The position numbers and the translations under genes are program-made. Under the pieces are notes generated by a model that was not told the DNA's origin, made no database searches, and was given only the letters and a program-made list of their open reading frames with translations. Positions 13,480 through 26,207 of a DNA stretch of 64,000 nucleotides are shown here, in pieces (positions within the stretch are counted from its first letter, which is position 1; each line of letters starts with the position of its first letter). Source of the stretch: Eledone cirrhosa (taxonomy: Eukaryota). The stretch lies in assembly GCA_964016885.1 (NCBI GenBank), contig OZ024744.1:36642001-36706000 (forward strand), read 5' to 3'.

Positions 13480-14050
13480 AACAATGGCCACGACAGTTGC
13501 TATTAATGTGGCTAACATCTGAAATCTGTTTTTTACAGACTATATATATATTGTCAACTGATGACCTTCCTCTTTTGTGTAGTATTCACTTGCTGGGGAT
13601 TTCTTGTTCCTGCTGTGCTTGGAGAAATCCTTCAAGGTGGGATGTTATGAACTTGGAATTCCATGTCAGGCTTTTAGTAAGATTTACCTCCTCTATGGTC
13701 TGGACAAGATGGCTGCTGACTTTTTTTTCTATTGAAAATGTTGTTTCAGTGCTTTTATGCGGGTCTCGTATGATGTTAATATAGACCTTTATGTCACAGC
13801 CACCTTGCTTGTGTTGAAATATTTATGTTAAAGTTTCCAGTAACACTTAGTATCTTGCGAGTCCTAACAACAATTTTGTTCAGTTCTTGCACTGTTGAAT
13901 ACAGCAGGCCAAATGTTGGTGTTGGGATGGGTGCAGCAAACAGCCATAATGCAAAGTATTATGGGAAATGTGTTTCTTGTAAGCTGAGAGTTCTAATGAC
14001 TTCTCTCATGGGATTTTGATTCTTGGTTCTCTCCTTATTTACGGGTTCTT
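13480..14050 (-). mobile_element. Old R4-like LINE fragment (post-RT region)
   Basis: Manual minus-strand translation FAAPIPTPTFGLLYSTVQELNKIVVRTRKILSVTGNFNIN resembles ORF 15051-15281. Confidence 0.6.
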
Positions 14051-14619
14051 CATATCAGACGTTCTCATCCTCTCCAATACAGATAATTGTATATATGTAT
14101 GCATGTATGCATGCATACATGAATGCATGTATGTATGTATGTGCGTGTTTGTATGTATGCATGTATGTATTGTGTGTTTATGTATGTATGCATGTACGTC
14201 TGATTTCATGATTTTATAAATATTTACCTATAGGGAGAGGGGGGAGAACGAAAGAGAGAGAGTCGGTTTCTGACATAGACACAAAACTCATTCACTTGAA
14301 TTTATACATCAATAACATAAATATGTGTGCATGTCTGAAAGTCTGCATGTGAGCGTGTATGTGTGTGCAGGTGTGGAAAGTATTATATGTGTATTATTGT
14401 ATGTATATATCTGTGTTTTGAGTGATATGTGTGCATGCACATGCTTAACATGCAGTTATTAGATGCAAAATATTTGGAATGTTTTACATATTTTTACTGT
14501 TCCATTAATGGATTGTACTTGTAATTTTTTAAGTAGTTGTGTTCTTTCTGTTTCTGTGAAGTTCAGTTTCTCAAAATTTGTACTGAGGTTGTTACTAACA
14601 TAATTCTAATAATTCTAAC

Positions 14620-15290
14620 ATAATATTAATTCTGCAGAGTCTGCACTTGTTATCACATCTAGGTGTTTTGTCTGCATCCCTATCTCTTTTGTGAATCAGG
14701 TATTTTGTATTGATTTCCTGTTCTTGGATTGCAAAAGCATATCCTTCAAAGTGGGAGCCAATATAGCAGTTGTTGGTCCAAGATAGACTATTTTCCTTAT
14801 CTATGCTACTCTCACTCTGGAGCTTCCTGGCAATATATGAATGCATGATTTTTTGCTGATAAGCATGCAGTTTTTCACCCATGAATTCACTGCAGTATTG
14901 CTAGGTGATTCCCCTGGGGGATTTCCCTGATGTGAGTTTTTGATTATCACGCAGGGAGTATTTTACAAGGAGTTTCTTCCCAACTCTCATGATCTTATCT
15001 TTCTCGTGCAGATATACTTACTCAATGGAGGGGCTCCTAGGCTTCGAGATTCATAGATGTTGTCGGAGGGATATGCTGCGACACTCAAATGCTGTCTGAA
15101 CTGATGTTAGGTCTCTGCTTCCCTGCTTACATTTCAAGTAGAGGCAGTCTATATCACTGTTGATATGTAAGTTTCCGGTGTTGTTTAGAATTTTCCGGGT
15201 TTTAACATCAATAGCTTGGATTTCGTCTAACGTCCAATTGAGTATTCCAAACGTTGGTGTTAGAACAAGCACAGCAAACACATTATTGTG
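14620..15290 (-). mobile_element. Old R4-like RLE LINE fragment
   Basis: PTFGILNWT..EI..IDVKTRKIL...H..SDID.LY; EGYAFAIQEQEINT; CRLC. These correspond to motifs in the element at 37745-41778. Confidence 0.8.
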
Positions 15291-15324
15291 TGCAGAGATT
15301 TCAGATAGATGACCAATTTACGAA

Positions 15325-15775
15325 GGGCGGTGGATTGGCAGTATCAGTAGAACGTCGGACACGATACTTTGCAGCGTACAGTTATGGCCCTTTATGTTCA
15401 GATTTTAAATCCCACCGATGTTAGCTTTGCCTGTCATCCTTGCAGGGTCAATAAAATAAAGTACCAGTAATGCACTGGTGTCGATTTAATCGACTATCCT
15501 TGCCCCTAAAAAAACTGTTGGTCTTTTGCCTAAATCAGAAGCCATTGTTATTAGGGCGGTGGATTGGCAGAATCGGTAGAGCATCGGACAACATGCTTAG
15601 TGGCATATAGTTACGGCCCTTTACGTTCTGATTTTAAATCCTGCCAAGGTTAGTTTTGTCTTTTATCCTTAAGGAGGTCGATAAGATAAAGCACCAGTAA
15701 CACACACCGGTCGATTTAATCGACTTTCTCCGCCCTTAAAATTGCGTGCCTAGTGCCTAAATCAGAAATCATTAT
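15325..15775 (+). mobile_element. Two tandem Nin/Deu-domain SINEs (15325-15547, 15554-15775)
   Basis: Each starts GGGCGGTGGATTGGCAG and carries the core and tail. Confidence 0.9.
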
Positions 15776-16269
15776 TATCATCATCATCTATATTACTAAA
15801 ACAGAGAATGTCTGTTTGTCTGTCTGTCTGTCCAATCACTAAAACTCGAGAACCACCTAACCGAGTTTTTTCAAACTTTACACATGTAATACTTATGGTC
15901 CCGTGCGTGTTTTGAGCAAAAAGATTTCAAATTTTCAATGTCCTAGGCACTGCATTAGGCGATTTAGCGATCTCTGTCTATAATTCTTAGTCTTTCTCTT
16001 TTTAGATAGATACATAGATATAACGTCGCGCCCTTATAATATCTGTCTGTAGGTCTGGCTGTCTGCATTGCGTCATTATGACGCGATCAGTGTGTATGTG
16101 TATATATGTATATATAGTGTGTGTATATATGTATATATGTATATATAGTGTGTGTATATATAGTGTGTGTATATATAGTGTGTGTATATATGTATATATA
16201 GGCATTGCTTTATATCTGGAGATCTCTCTACACTTGTCGTCACATGGTACCATGGGCCCAGCACTATGT

Positions 16270-16425
16270 GTCAATAATTGTCACAGGTGTAGTGTTTGTA
16301 CCAGAGTTTTCAAGTCGCTGGCTGGACTAAAAGTCACACTTGTTTAGTGCATCGGTGGGGTTCTCCTACATGGATATAAAGTAGTGGCCGTACTCGAAAA
16401 CGAGTTGGCAGCCACCATAGTGTGT
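16270..16425 (+). mobile_element. Probable RTE-like LINE 3' tip within the Helitron
   Basis: CSVCTRVFKSLAGLK resembles a terminal C2H2-like motif; followed by a short UTR and a TG-rich tail. Confidence 0.45.
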
Positions 16426-16947
16426 GTATGTATATATATTCTTATGCCAGGGAACGTCTTCACGAACCAAAGTATCGTCTTCCTCTTTCCCTTCGGTTGC
16501 AACGTTTTTCGAAATATTTGCATCTGCGTTCGCAGATTGATTTTTTTAGTTTCAGAAGATCCCGTTAAGGTTGAAAGCAACGATTCTTTGCTTAAACTTT
16601 AATATGTTTTTTTAATATATGTAAATATTTTTGCATACACAAAAAAAAAAAAAAAAAATATAAACAAACAAGGCCGGCGATTACAGAATCACATGCATCA
16701 CTGACAGATATTTTTGCATACACAAAAAAAAATATATAAACAAACAAGGCCAACAATTGCATACGATTACATCAGTTAGTCTTAGTGTACTTCATACTGC
16801 TGTGAGGTAGAAGATCCCGTTAAGGGTGAAAGCAGCGATTCTTTGCTTAAACTTTAAGTCAACGGTTCGGATATCACATGCATCACTGACGAGTTTACTC
16901 CATACTCTACCAGTTAGTCTTAGTGTACTTCATACTGCTTTTAGATC

Positions 16948-19900
16948 ATGCCTCGAAGGAAGAGATACCCCATTGGCCGAAATACTGCGATAGGGACAAA
17001 AGAAAGAACAAGGCGGGTAAACGATTCGTCAGTGGAATCTGCTATTCGACTGTCGCAAGATGCAGAACGTAGTGCCACCAGAAGAGCACTTGCAACATAC
17101 AAACAACGAACCAATCGCCGAACGGCTGATGCTGCATCAACTTCTGCTGCACGAGCTGCTGAGACAGAAGACCAGCTAAAACGTCGTCGGAGTGATGATG
17201 CTGCATAAACTTCGGCTGCACGAGCTGCCGAAACAGAAAACCAGCGTAGTAGTCGTCGGAGTGATGATGCTGCGAACACTAGTGCTGCGCGAGCTACACA
17301 GACCTCACAAGAACGAGATAATCAACTAGAAAGTAATGCTCAACGAAGAGCCTTTAGGCAGGGCATTTCAAAGCTGTGCCGCTTAAAATGGTCCTTCAAA
17401 GCCTTCGAGTACAACCCCGACTTCAACTATGGCAGCCACTCAGACATGATACTTGGGAGTATGTCAAAATCGTGCTCTTTTTGCAATACTAAAAAATGGT
17501 CAGGCGAAATACCTGGTATGTGCTGCGCAAACGGGAAGGTCAAACTGTACCCACTGGAGGATCCACCACAGACGTTGAAGCTCCTTCTTGCAGGTACAAC
17601 TGCAGAATCTAATCATTTCCTGAAAAATATCTGGAAGTACAATTGCGCCTTCCAGATGACACCTTTAGAGGCAATTATTGTCAAAGAGGGTGGATTTATG
17701 CCCACATTTAAAGTGCAAGGGCAGGTGTACCATAGAATTGGATTAATCCAGCCTACCGCCAATCAATTTCCTCAATTTCTTCGACTTTACTTCGTCGGGA
17801 ATGTCAGCGAACAGGCAGCCATGCGGAACTCCATTTCACCTGGTACCAACCTGGAGCTTATGAGGCAACTACATGACATATTACACACAAACAACAGCTA
17901 TACAATCAGTTTCAAATATGCCTTGGAATCAGCTCCTGCATCAGACTTTAATGTGGTCAATGACGCCTCAAACAGGCTTTCTGGGGAGCATTCGGGCCGC
18001 TACAATTTACCTGCTTGCAATGAAATCGCTGTCCTTCTCCATGGCGATCAGCACAACTCACGAGACATTGTTCTCAGGCGACAGGACTCTTCAGCGTATA
18101 AGTGAAACCCATAGATCTTATGACACCCTTCAGTACCCGCTTCTGTTTGTGCATGGAGAGGACGGATACCGATTAGGTCTTCCACAGCATAATCCAGAAA
18201 ACCCTGGGGATTCCGCCAAGAAAACCGTTTCCTGCATGGACTTCTACTCATGCCGCTTCATGGTCCGCCAAAACTCCTTCAACGACCTGCACCAGTCAAG
18301 AGACCTCTTTCAGCAATTCGCCGTTGATATGTGCGCGAAAATGGAGTCGGACAAGTTGTGCTTCATACGGTCATACCAGAGGCAACTGCGTTCCGAGAGC
18401 TACATCTATCTCCGCGATGCCATCAACAATGATGCAGCCTCCACCAGCGTAGGAAAACTCTGCATCCTCCCGTCCACTTTCACTAGAAGTCCGCGCTATA
18501 TGCACTAAAGGACGCAAGACGCTATGACTTACGTACGGCATTACGGTAGGCCTGACCTGTTCATAACTTTCACATGCAATCCCAAATGGAAAGATATTGA
18601 GGTAGAACTCTTCCAGGGTCAACAGGCCAAAGACATGTACACTGTAGAGTGGCAACAATGAGGCCTCCCCCAAGCTCATATCCTCATTTGGCTGTCCACT
18701 AAGATCAGATCCAACGACGTTGTCAAAATCATCTCCGCCAAAATCCCTGATCCATCTACCGACAAAATCCTCCACGACATAGTCATAAAAACATGGTGCA
18801 CGGCCCCTGTGGACGTGGTTTTAATTCAAAATCACCTTGCTTGAAAGACAGTATGTGCATCAAACGGTTTCCGAGGAAGTTTCTACCAGAAACCCAGACT
18901 GGCATTGACGGATATCCACTTTACAGGTGACGTAAACCCGGCGGTGGTGGTTTTACTGCAGCAGTTGGACAGCATGAAGTTGACAACAGATGGATAATGC
19001 CGTACTGCCCACTCCTATCCAAGACCTTCAATGCCCATATCAATGTGGAGTTCTGCAATTCAGTCAAGTCGATCAAATGTATATGCAAGTATGTAAATAA
19101 GGGGTTAGATGCTGCTATGTTCGGCCTTCAACAGGACAAAAGCCAGGATGAGGTTACACAATATCAAGTAGGCCGTTGCATCAGCAGCGACGAGGCCTTC
19201 TGGCGCAGTTTTGGCTTTCCCATACACCAAAGGCAACTTTCAACTGAGCAGCTTGTAGTCCACTTGGAAAATGACCAAAGGGTCTACTTCACCGATGTTA
19301 ATGCCGCTCAAATGGTGGAGGAACGACGGCAAACCAGCCTCACTGCCTTTTTCAAGCTTTGTCAGGACGATCCGTTCGCTCAAACATTGCTGTACCCTGA
19401 AGTGCCATCCTACTACAACAATGGGTGCGCAGAAGGGAAGGCCAACCTGTTGATGGGCATCCCGGCATAAAGTTTGACAGTTGTCTTGGAAGAGTTTACA
19501 CCGTCCACCCGAATCACTACGAATGCTTCTACCTCCGTCTGCTGCTGCATGAAGTAAGGGGACCGCAGTCTTTCCAGGACCTTCGAACAATCAACGATTG
19601 TGTATGCGGCACATACAGGGAAGCCTGCTTCAAACATGGTCTGCTGGAAGATGATGCACAGTGGAATGACACATTATTCGAGGCTGCTACTTCGCAATCA
19701 CTTCAATGTCTACAGGCTCTGTTTGCCGTATTACTTCAAACGTGCGAAATGGGTAATCCAAACTCTTTGTGGCTTAAGTATAGAGATGACCTTTCGGAAG
19801 ACTACAGACATCAGGCACTATTGCAGTACCCCGATATGGAAGGCACCAGTAAAGAGGTTTAAAATCGAGCACTAATTGACCTAGAGGACAGAATTGTTTC

Positions 19901-21326
19901 ACTTGGTGGAAATGATTTGCCCACATACGGTCTGACCAAAATACTCCAGTCAGGATTCGAGACACTTCCCACAGCTGTTCTACGGGAAAGGTCTTACGAC
20001 ATAGCTGCTCTTGCCCAATACCTCAATGAAATGGAACCACAACTGCTTCCAGACCAACGAAATGCTTACAACAGTATTGTTGACAACGTGCGCCGTCGAT
20101 CCGGTGGCATGTTCTTCTTGGATGCACCTGCTGGTACTGGGAAAATATTTTTAACCAAAGTCCTCCTCGCGAAAGTTAGACAACACGGACACATCGCGTT
20201 AGCTGTAGCCTCATCTGGGATTGCTGCTACTTTGCTGCCAGGTGGTAGAACAGCGCACTCCACATTTAAACTACCCTTGAATTTAGTGTCCTCTGAGACG
20301 CATTCTTGCAACATCAGTAAGAGTTCCGACCAGGGGCAAGTCCTCCGACGGTGTATTCTTATCGTATGGGACGAGTGCACTATGGCCCACAGAGGAGGCC
20401 TAGAGGCATTAGATATAGCTCTGAAGGATATCAGAGACTGTCAGGCTCCAATGGGTGGTGCAACGCTTCTGCTGTCTGGTGACTTTAGGCAGACTCCTCC
20501 TGTCATTCCTAAAGGCACAAGGGCAGATGAAGTACAAGCGTGCCTTAAGTCCTCACCATTATCGCAACATGTTACAACTCTCACTCTTTCCACTAATATG
20601 AGAGTTCGACTTCACGGTGACCAACTGTCTTCCCAGTTTGCTAAAGATCTTTTGGCACATGGCGATGGTAGTGTGCCTGTTAACGCGGCAGGGGAAATGG
20701 AGATCTGGCCACTTTGTTCTGTGGTTTCGTCCATCGAGGAGCTCAAAGACAAAGTATTTCCAAATTTGCAAGAAAACCTCCGTAACCATAACTGGTTGTG
20801 CGATAGGGCAATATTGGCTCCAAAGAACACCGCCATTAACAAACTGAACGACCAGCCAGGACATTTTCACATATGCAAGTCCGTTGACACAATGATAGAT
20901 CATAATGTGGCGGTAAACTATCCCACTGAATTTCTGAACCCATTGAACCCTCCAGGTCTTCCTCCACACATATTACGGCTCATGAAGGGAATTCCAATAA
21001 TGCTGCTTCGGAATCTGGAGCCACCAAAGCTATGCAACGGCACACGACTGGTTGTAAAAACATTGCTGCCCCATCTTATGGAGGCTACTATTCTTTCAGG
21101 AAGTAGACAAGAGGACGACGTATTCATTCCACGAGTTCCTCTCATTCCATCAGGAGCAGCCATTCCATTTTCCTTTGAGAGGCTTCAATTTCCAATTTGT
21201 GTCAGCTTTGCAATGTCTATCAACAAATCCCAGGGTCAGACCCTAGCTGTTGCTGGTCTTCTTTTGGAAGAGTTATGCTTTTCACACGGGCAACTATACG
21301 TTGACTGCTCAAGAGTGGGATGGTGA
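16948..21326 (+). pseudogene. Helitron Rep-PIF1 helicase, broken by stops, frameshifts and a deletion
   Basis: CC.NGKVKL, FKVQGQVYHRIG, LQYPLLF, PDLFITFTCNPKW, EWQQ*GLPQAH, SIKCICKYVNKG; helicase DAPAGTGK, GGRTAHS, IVWDE, GDFRQT, LCNGTRL, INKSQGQT, FSHGQLYV. Confidence 0.95.
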
Positions 21327-21392
21327 ACATACGACGAAACATTGAAAGGAGTAAGACCACACCACTCTCCACCACTGCAGTCCCGCATGCTT

Positions 21393-21505
21393 CATCATCA
21401 TCATCATCAGGTCGAGCTTGTTCGGCCTTCTACGACACGTTTCCTCCATTCACCTCTGTCTCCCATAGCGTTTGCCAGTTCTTCCGCAGTGCATCCAGTA
21501 TCGTC
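21393..21505 (-). mobile_element. RTE-like LINE 3' tip with (GAT)n tail within the Helitron
   Basis: Minus-strand translation DDTGCTAEELANAMGDRGEWRKRVVEGRTSST*; an empty-site paralog lies at ~21810-21900. Confidence 0.7.
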
Positions 21506-23069
21506 CTGCTCTGTAACTATTGGTTTGATTGTACCATAGCACAACAAATACATGTTCGGTATGTCGAATGCCTTTTTACTTAACCCTATTGTCTTCGTTT
21601 TCGAGGGTTGAACATTTCACTATCAGGCACCCAATTACGTTAAACCCCTGACCCAACCGATTTTTTTAAAACCTTTGCATATGCATTATGTTTCACAAAT
21701 TTTCTTGACTGAAAAAGGTTTCATATTTTTTCCTGGGGACCGCATTGTTTAGCATTTTGGTTGCGTTTGGGCCTGTAACCTGCAAACTATCCAACTAAAT
21801 TCCATCATGCTCTCCACCACTGGAGTCCCACATGCTTACTGCTCTGTAACTATTGCTTTCATTGTACCATAGCACAACAAATACATGTTCGGTTTGTCGA
21901 CAGGCCGTGTACTATTTCAGAAAGGAGGGATAAACATGCCAATCTATTTTTAGAATCCCGAGCAACGCCGGGCCATTCTGCTAGTCATTACTTAAAACGT
22001 TATTACTTTCGTCTTTTTATAATTTCAAAAGTTATTTTTCTCTTATATAATTCCGTCGATTTCCTCAACACAATAAAAGCAGCCTACATCTTCGAAATTT
22101 ATAGAGCACTGTCAGACTGACAAACTCTCGATATACAAGTGGAAATGTGTTGTGTATATTTAAAAATGCACTATTATCCAGCAGCATACTTTTCAGCAGT
22201 TCGATTGTAATCCTGATGATTGGGAAATTATAAGCGCCTTATCGCGTGTTTCAAAGCATACTAAAATGTCAATGAAGATAAAAAGAAATAAAATTTACGA
22301 TCGCGGATTGTTACTTAAACGGATGACCTAATAAACCATATATTCGCTCACGAAGAAATGATAATGTTCATTCTTTTATACAATTATTATTTCTGATTTC
22401 AAGCAACACCTACATATTCTGGTCGCGTCACAAAAATTTACCGAACGATTTATGAAAACTGGTCAATTATATATATGATATTTAGGAAATTGAAATAAGA
22501 TCGTTAATATAGGATTACAAATTAAAGGATAATATTTCAAATACGTCGTTCGTGTGATATTTAACCGAATTTTGACGTGTTTATCTTCGCGATGAAAATC
22601 CATCACTTGATGATACAGAAAAAGACGCACATCCTAATATTCGTATGCAGCCTGGCCAAATGGTGAAGTAATTTGCTTGGCAATCATAATGTCTTGGGTT
22701 AGATCACTGTGCATGATATTTACTATAGGTTTGGGTCAATCCATGAATTGTGAGTGAAATTGAATAGATGAAAACTGTTTGGAAGCTCGTCCGAGGAAGA
22801 GCAACTATAATTCAAAGGGCCCGTCTTGTCACGCTGAATCTCTTCAAGTATTAAGTTTAATATATATATGCCCATAGAATGTCCAGTCACTTGCACATGA
22901 AATTTAAAAAAGATTATTCTCTTGATTGAACAAATTGAACATTCTTCATCGAAGCTAACGGAGATCATTTCGAGATCATTTCCCTAAAGAGATCGAAAAA
23001 TTACTTTCTGATATACCAATGATATCGGAATGTATGTAACTTCATGAAATTATATTAATTTCTAATCTA

Positions 23070-23270
23070 GCTCACAAGGCCAGCAAAATTTTGGGAAAAG
23101 CTGAAGTTGATAAATTAACCCCGTACTAGACTGGTACATTTTTTTATCGACCTCGGGAGGATGAATGGCAAAATTGACCTAGGTGGGATTAGAACTAAAA
23201 ATGTAAAGAGCCAGAACAATTAGTACGGTAACGGTATTTTATCCGAAGTTTTACCATTTCTGCCAATCCA
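23070..23270 (-). mobile_element. Nin/Deu-domain SINE (diverged)
   Basis: CACAAGGCCAGCAA...CTGGTAC...ATCGACC...TCTGCCAATCCA. Another minus-strand copy lies at 23955-24085. Confidence 0.75.
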
Positions 23271-24130
23271 TCATACTTGTTTAATCGAATTATATTAAAA
23301 ATAATAAATCTGGAGCTATCCATGGTGAACATTGAAATGAAAATAATATAAATATAAAATCTAATGCCGATAGAATTTTTATCATGAAACAAAATGTAGC
23401 TTACATAATCATAAGAAAAAGTAATTGCAGTCAGAAAATTGCTCATTTAGTGAATGTGTGTATGGCATCAAATGTAAATTATAATTTTAAATTTGCTCCA
23501 AATAAAACAATAAACATTACAATCATTATGGTAATAGTTTTGTCGGTAATGTATACGAATCAAATGAATTAAATATTGAAACTAATTTGATATATATTAA
23601 ACATTTATATAAACATATCGGAAATAAATGTTATAGTTCAGTAAAAATCAATAATAAATTGATTATATTCGAATTGGAAAACGGTGCCACAAGAACTTCG
23701 ATTTAAATACATATACAATTAGCAAATCTCCAACATTAGAACTGATATCGATAAAATTAAAAGCTTATTGTAATATAAATATTCCAATTAAAGGAAAATA
23801 GCTACTAAACATTGGAAATAAATAGCCACAAATTACAGATGTGCTATTACTATCGATTATAAAAATGTTAAATAGTTATTCGGAATGTATTGGTTCAACG
23901 TATTTCACTAATTATTAATATCTATGCTCAATAATATTGCTAATGTTATTAATAATTGTTTCTACTTTTGGCACAAGGCCAGCAATTACGCAGTGAATTA
24001 CTGGTACTTTATTTTATCGACCCCGTAAGGATGAACGGCAAAGTTAAGCTCGGCGGAATTTGAACTCAGATTGTAAAGGTCCGATAACTTATGTGTATAA
24101 TATACTGACGGTTATTTTTCAACTTGTTAT

Positions 24131-24319
24131 CAGACCTGCCAACCGCTAAAAACACAACGGAAAGTATCATGAAAAGAAGTGCCCCAAAATGGGGAGAAAT
24201 GGGGCAAATGGGGAGAATTTACATAATGAAAGCTACACCCATGTTCACAAAAACCGGGAAACCGGTAGATCTCACAACGGTGAGATCTCCCCGTCCAACG
24301 GGGAGAGTTGACAGGTCTG
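24131..24319. mobile_element. MITE with CAGACCTGYCAAC TIRs and a 6-bp TSD
   Basis: TGTTAT|CAGACCTGCCAAC...GTTGACAGGTCTG|TGTTAT. Confidence 0.82.
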
Positions 24320-24835
24320 TGTTATGGTATGACTAATATAATATCCTTTTTAAACAACCAAATCGGTAAAAGTATTGTAAAGTGAAGTATTGTGAGTTAC
24401 ATGTGTGCTTCAATTGTTGCTATTTGGCAGCCGAACGGCAAAGTCCACAAATGTAACAGTTTTAAAAATTCATCAATAAATGACTGAAGTACTTCACCGC
24501 AGGATGCTAAGATATGATGAACTATGCCATAAACTAGAGGATGGAAAACATATTTCAGTATACTTGATTAAAAATACACATACTGTATCAATTTTTATAA
24601 AGAAGCACAAAGACTGGTATAAATACCTTTTCAGTTTGGTAGTACAAATGAATGCGACTTTGAATTCAACGTCCTGTCAATCAAATGTTATTTAATTCAT
24701 TGAATTGTACGGCGTATTTGAAGGATTTCATTCTCAGAACAACGACGAATAAAGATTTTAATTATTTATTAATATCATTTAAGAGTTAAAGGAAAATTAC
24801 TTAAAATTCAAAATTGCGATCAATTCCATAAATAA

Positions 24836-24870
<35 letters not shown>

Positions 24871-24871
<1 letters not shown>

Positions 24872-26174
24872 GAGGGGGGATCAAAAAGTTCGCGGAATTT
24901 TATCGTAGTAAGAAAAAATAGGTTAAAACAATATTAAACATGTCACAACATTGTCACTGGGTGTTTACCTTGCTATTAGTCACTTGCAGTCAGTCATGCA
25001 CGGACTACTGTACAGTACTGACACTCTTTAAAAAAAACTCTTTTTGGAACAATGGAAAATAGTTATTTTGAGATAAGATCGAATATCAAGTTTCTGGTGA
25101 AACTCAAATGGAAAGGGACACAGATTATGGAGGCTTTAGTTAAAGTTTACGGTACTACTGCTCCAAAGAAAACTGCTGTCTACAAGTGGATCCATCGATT
25201 CAAACAAGGGAGAGACGACCTTGAAGACAACCATCGCAGTGGAAGACTAGGAACATAAAAAAATGACCAAACGTTGAGGCTGCTCAAACTTTAATTGAAG
25301 AAGATCGAAGAATAACAGTTAATCAGTTAGCTAAGTCCCTAGACATTTCATATGGTTCGGCAAATTCAATTCTGCACGATAATTTGGGACTAAGCAAGCT
25401 TTCAGTGCGATGGGTCCCAAAAGCGTTGCGCCCTGATCAGCTGATTCTTCGAAGTGATCTGTCTTTGGCGATATTAAACAAAATTGAAGATGATGAAGAG
25501 AATTTCCTGACCAGAATCATCACCGGAGATGAAACTTGGATCTGCCAGTATGATCCTGAATCCAAACAGCAGTCAAAACAGTGGCTTCCACGTGGATCAT
25601 CGGGGCCAATCAAGTTTAAATCTCAAAAGTCGGATAAAAAAGTGATGGCCACCATTTTCTGGGATTCAGATGGGGTGATGCTAATAGATTATCTTGAAGG
25701 TCAAATAACTGACAAGAGCTTACTATGCAAATGTTTTAAGGAAACTGAAAGAGGCATTAGTCAAGAAACGAAAAGGGAAACTTCATGGTGGGATCTTGTT
25801 TGATCATGACAATGCACCAGCGCAGTCTGCGCTGGTTGCAAAAGAAGTTCTTCGAGAATTTCGATGGGAAGTGCTTCCTCACCCGCCTTATAGTCCAGAT
25901 TTAGCCCCATCAGACTTTTTCCTGTTTCCAAAACTCAAAGAAATGCTAAAAGGAAGCCGTTTTAGTGGTGTTGAAGAAGCTAAAAACACTGCCAACACAT
26001 GGCTTCGAACAAGGCCTTCAACTTTCTTTAGAGACGGCTGATGGAGTTGGAAGCATCGCTTTGTGAAGTGTATTGACCTGGATGGTAACTATGTAGAAAA
26101 ATAAATTGAAGCTAAATCATATTTTTTGAAAAATAGAATATTTTCTGAAAAATTCCTTTTTGATCCCCCCCTCG
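24871..26174 (+). mobile_element. Mariner (DD34D) DNA transposon, full length, inserted in (TA)n
   Basis: TIRs CGAGGGGGGATCAAAAAG / CTTTTTGATCCCCCCCTCG; TA flanks; ~1.3 kb. Confidence 0.97.
25052..26105 (+). pseudogene. Mariner transposase, frameshifted
   Basis: HTH region, RSGR, WVPK, ITGDETW, HDNAP and HPPYSPDLAPSDF are spread over three ORFs. Confidence 0.95.
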
Positions 26175-26207
26175 TATATATATATATATATATATATGAA
26201 AATGTAT

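Larger units (their letters stand above)
15787..21984 (+). mobile_element. Helitron, full length, degenerate
   Basis: A|TCTATATTACTAAAAC 5' end; 3' GC hairpin CCCG-AGCAACGC-CGGG (21957-21972) then CTAG|T; no TSD; RepHel coding remnants inside. Confidence 0.96.

Noticed and set aside
19917-21326. Host PIF1 helicase gene
   Set aside because: It is intronless, colinear with Rep remnants, and enclosed by Helitron termini.
22050-23050. Possible degraded coding or transposase sequence
   Set aside because: Many stops in all frames examined and no recognisable motif; it cannot be supported without a search.
25052-26105. SETMAR-like domesticated gene
   Set aside because: No SET domain; intact TIRs with TA flanks and frameshifts indicate a dead mariner.
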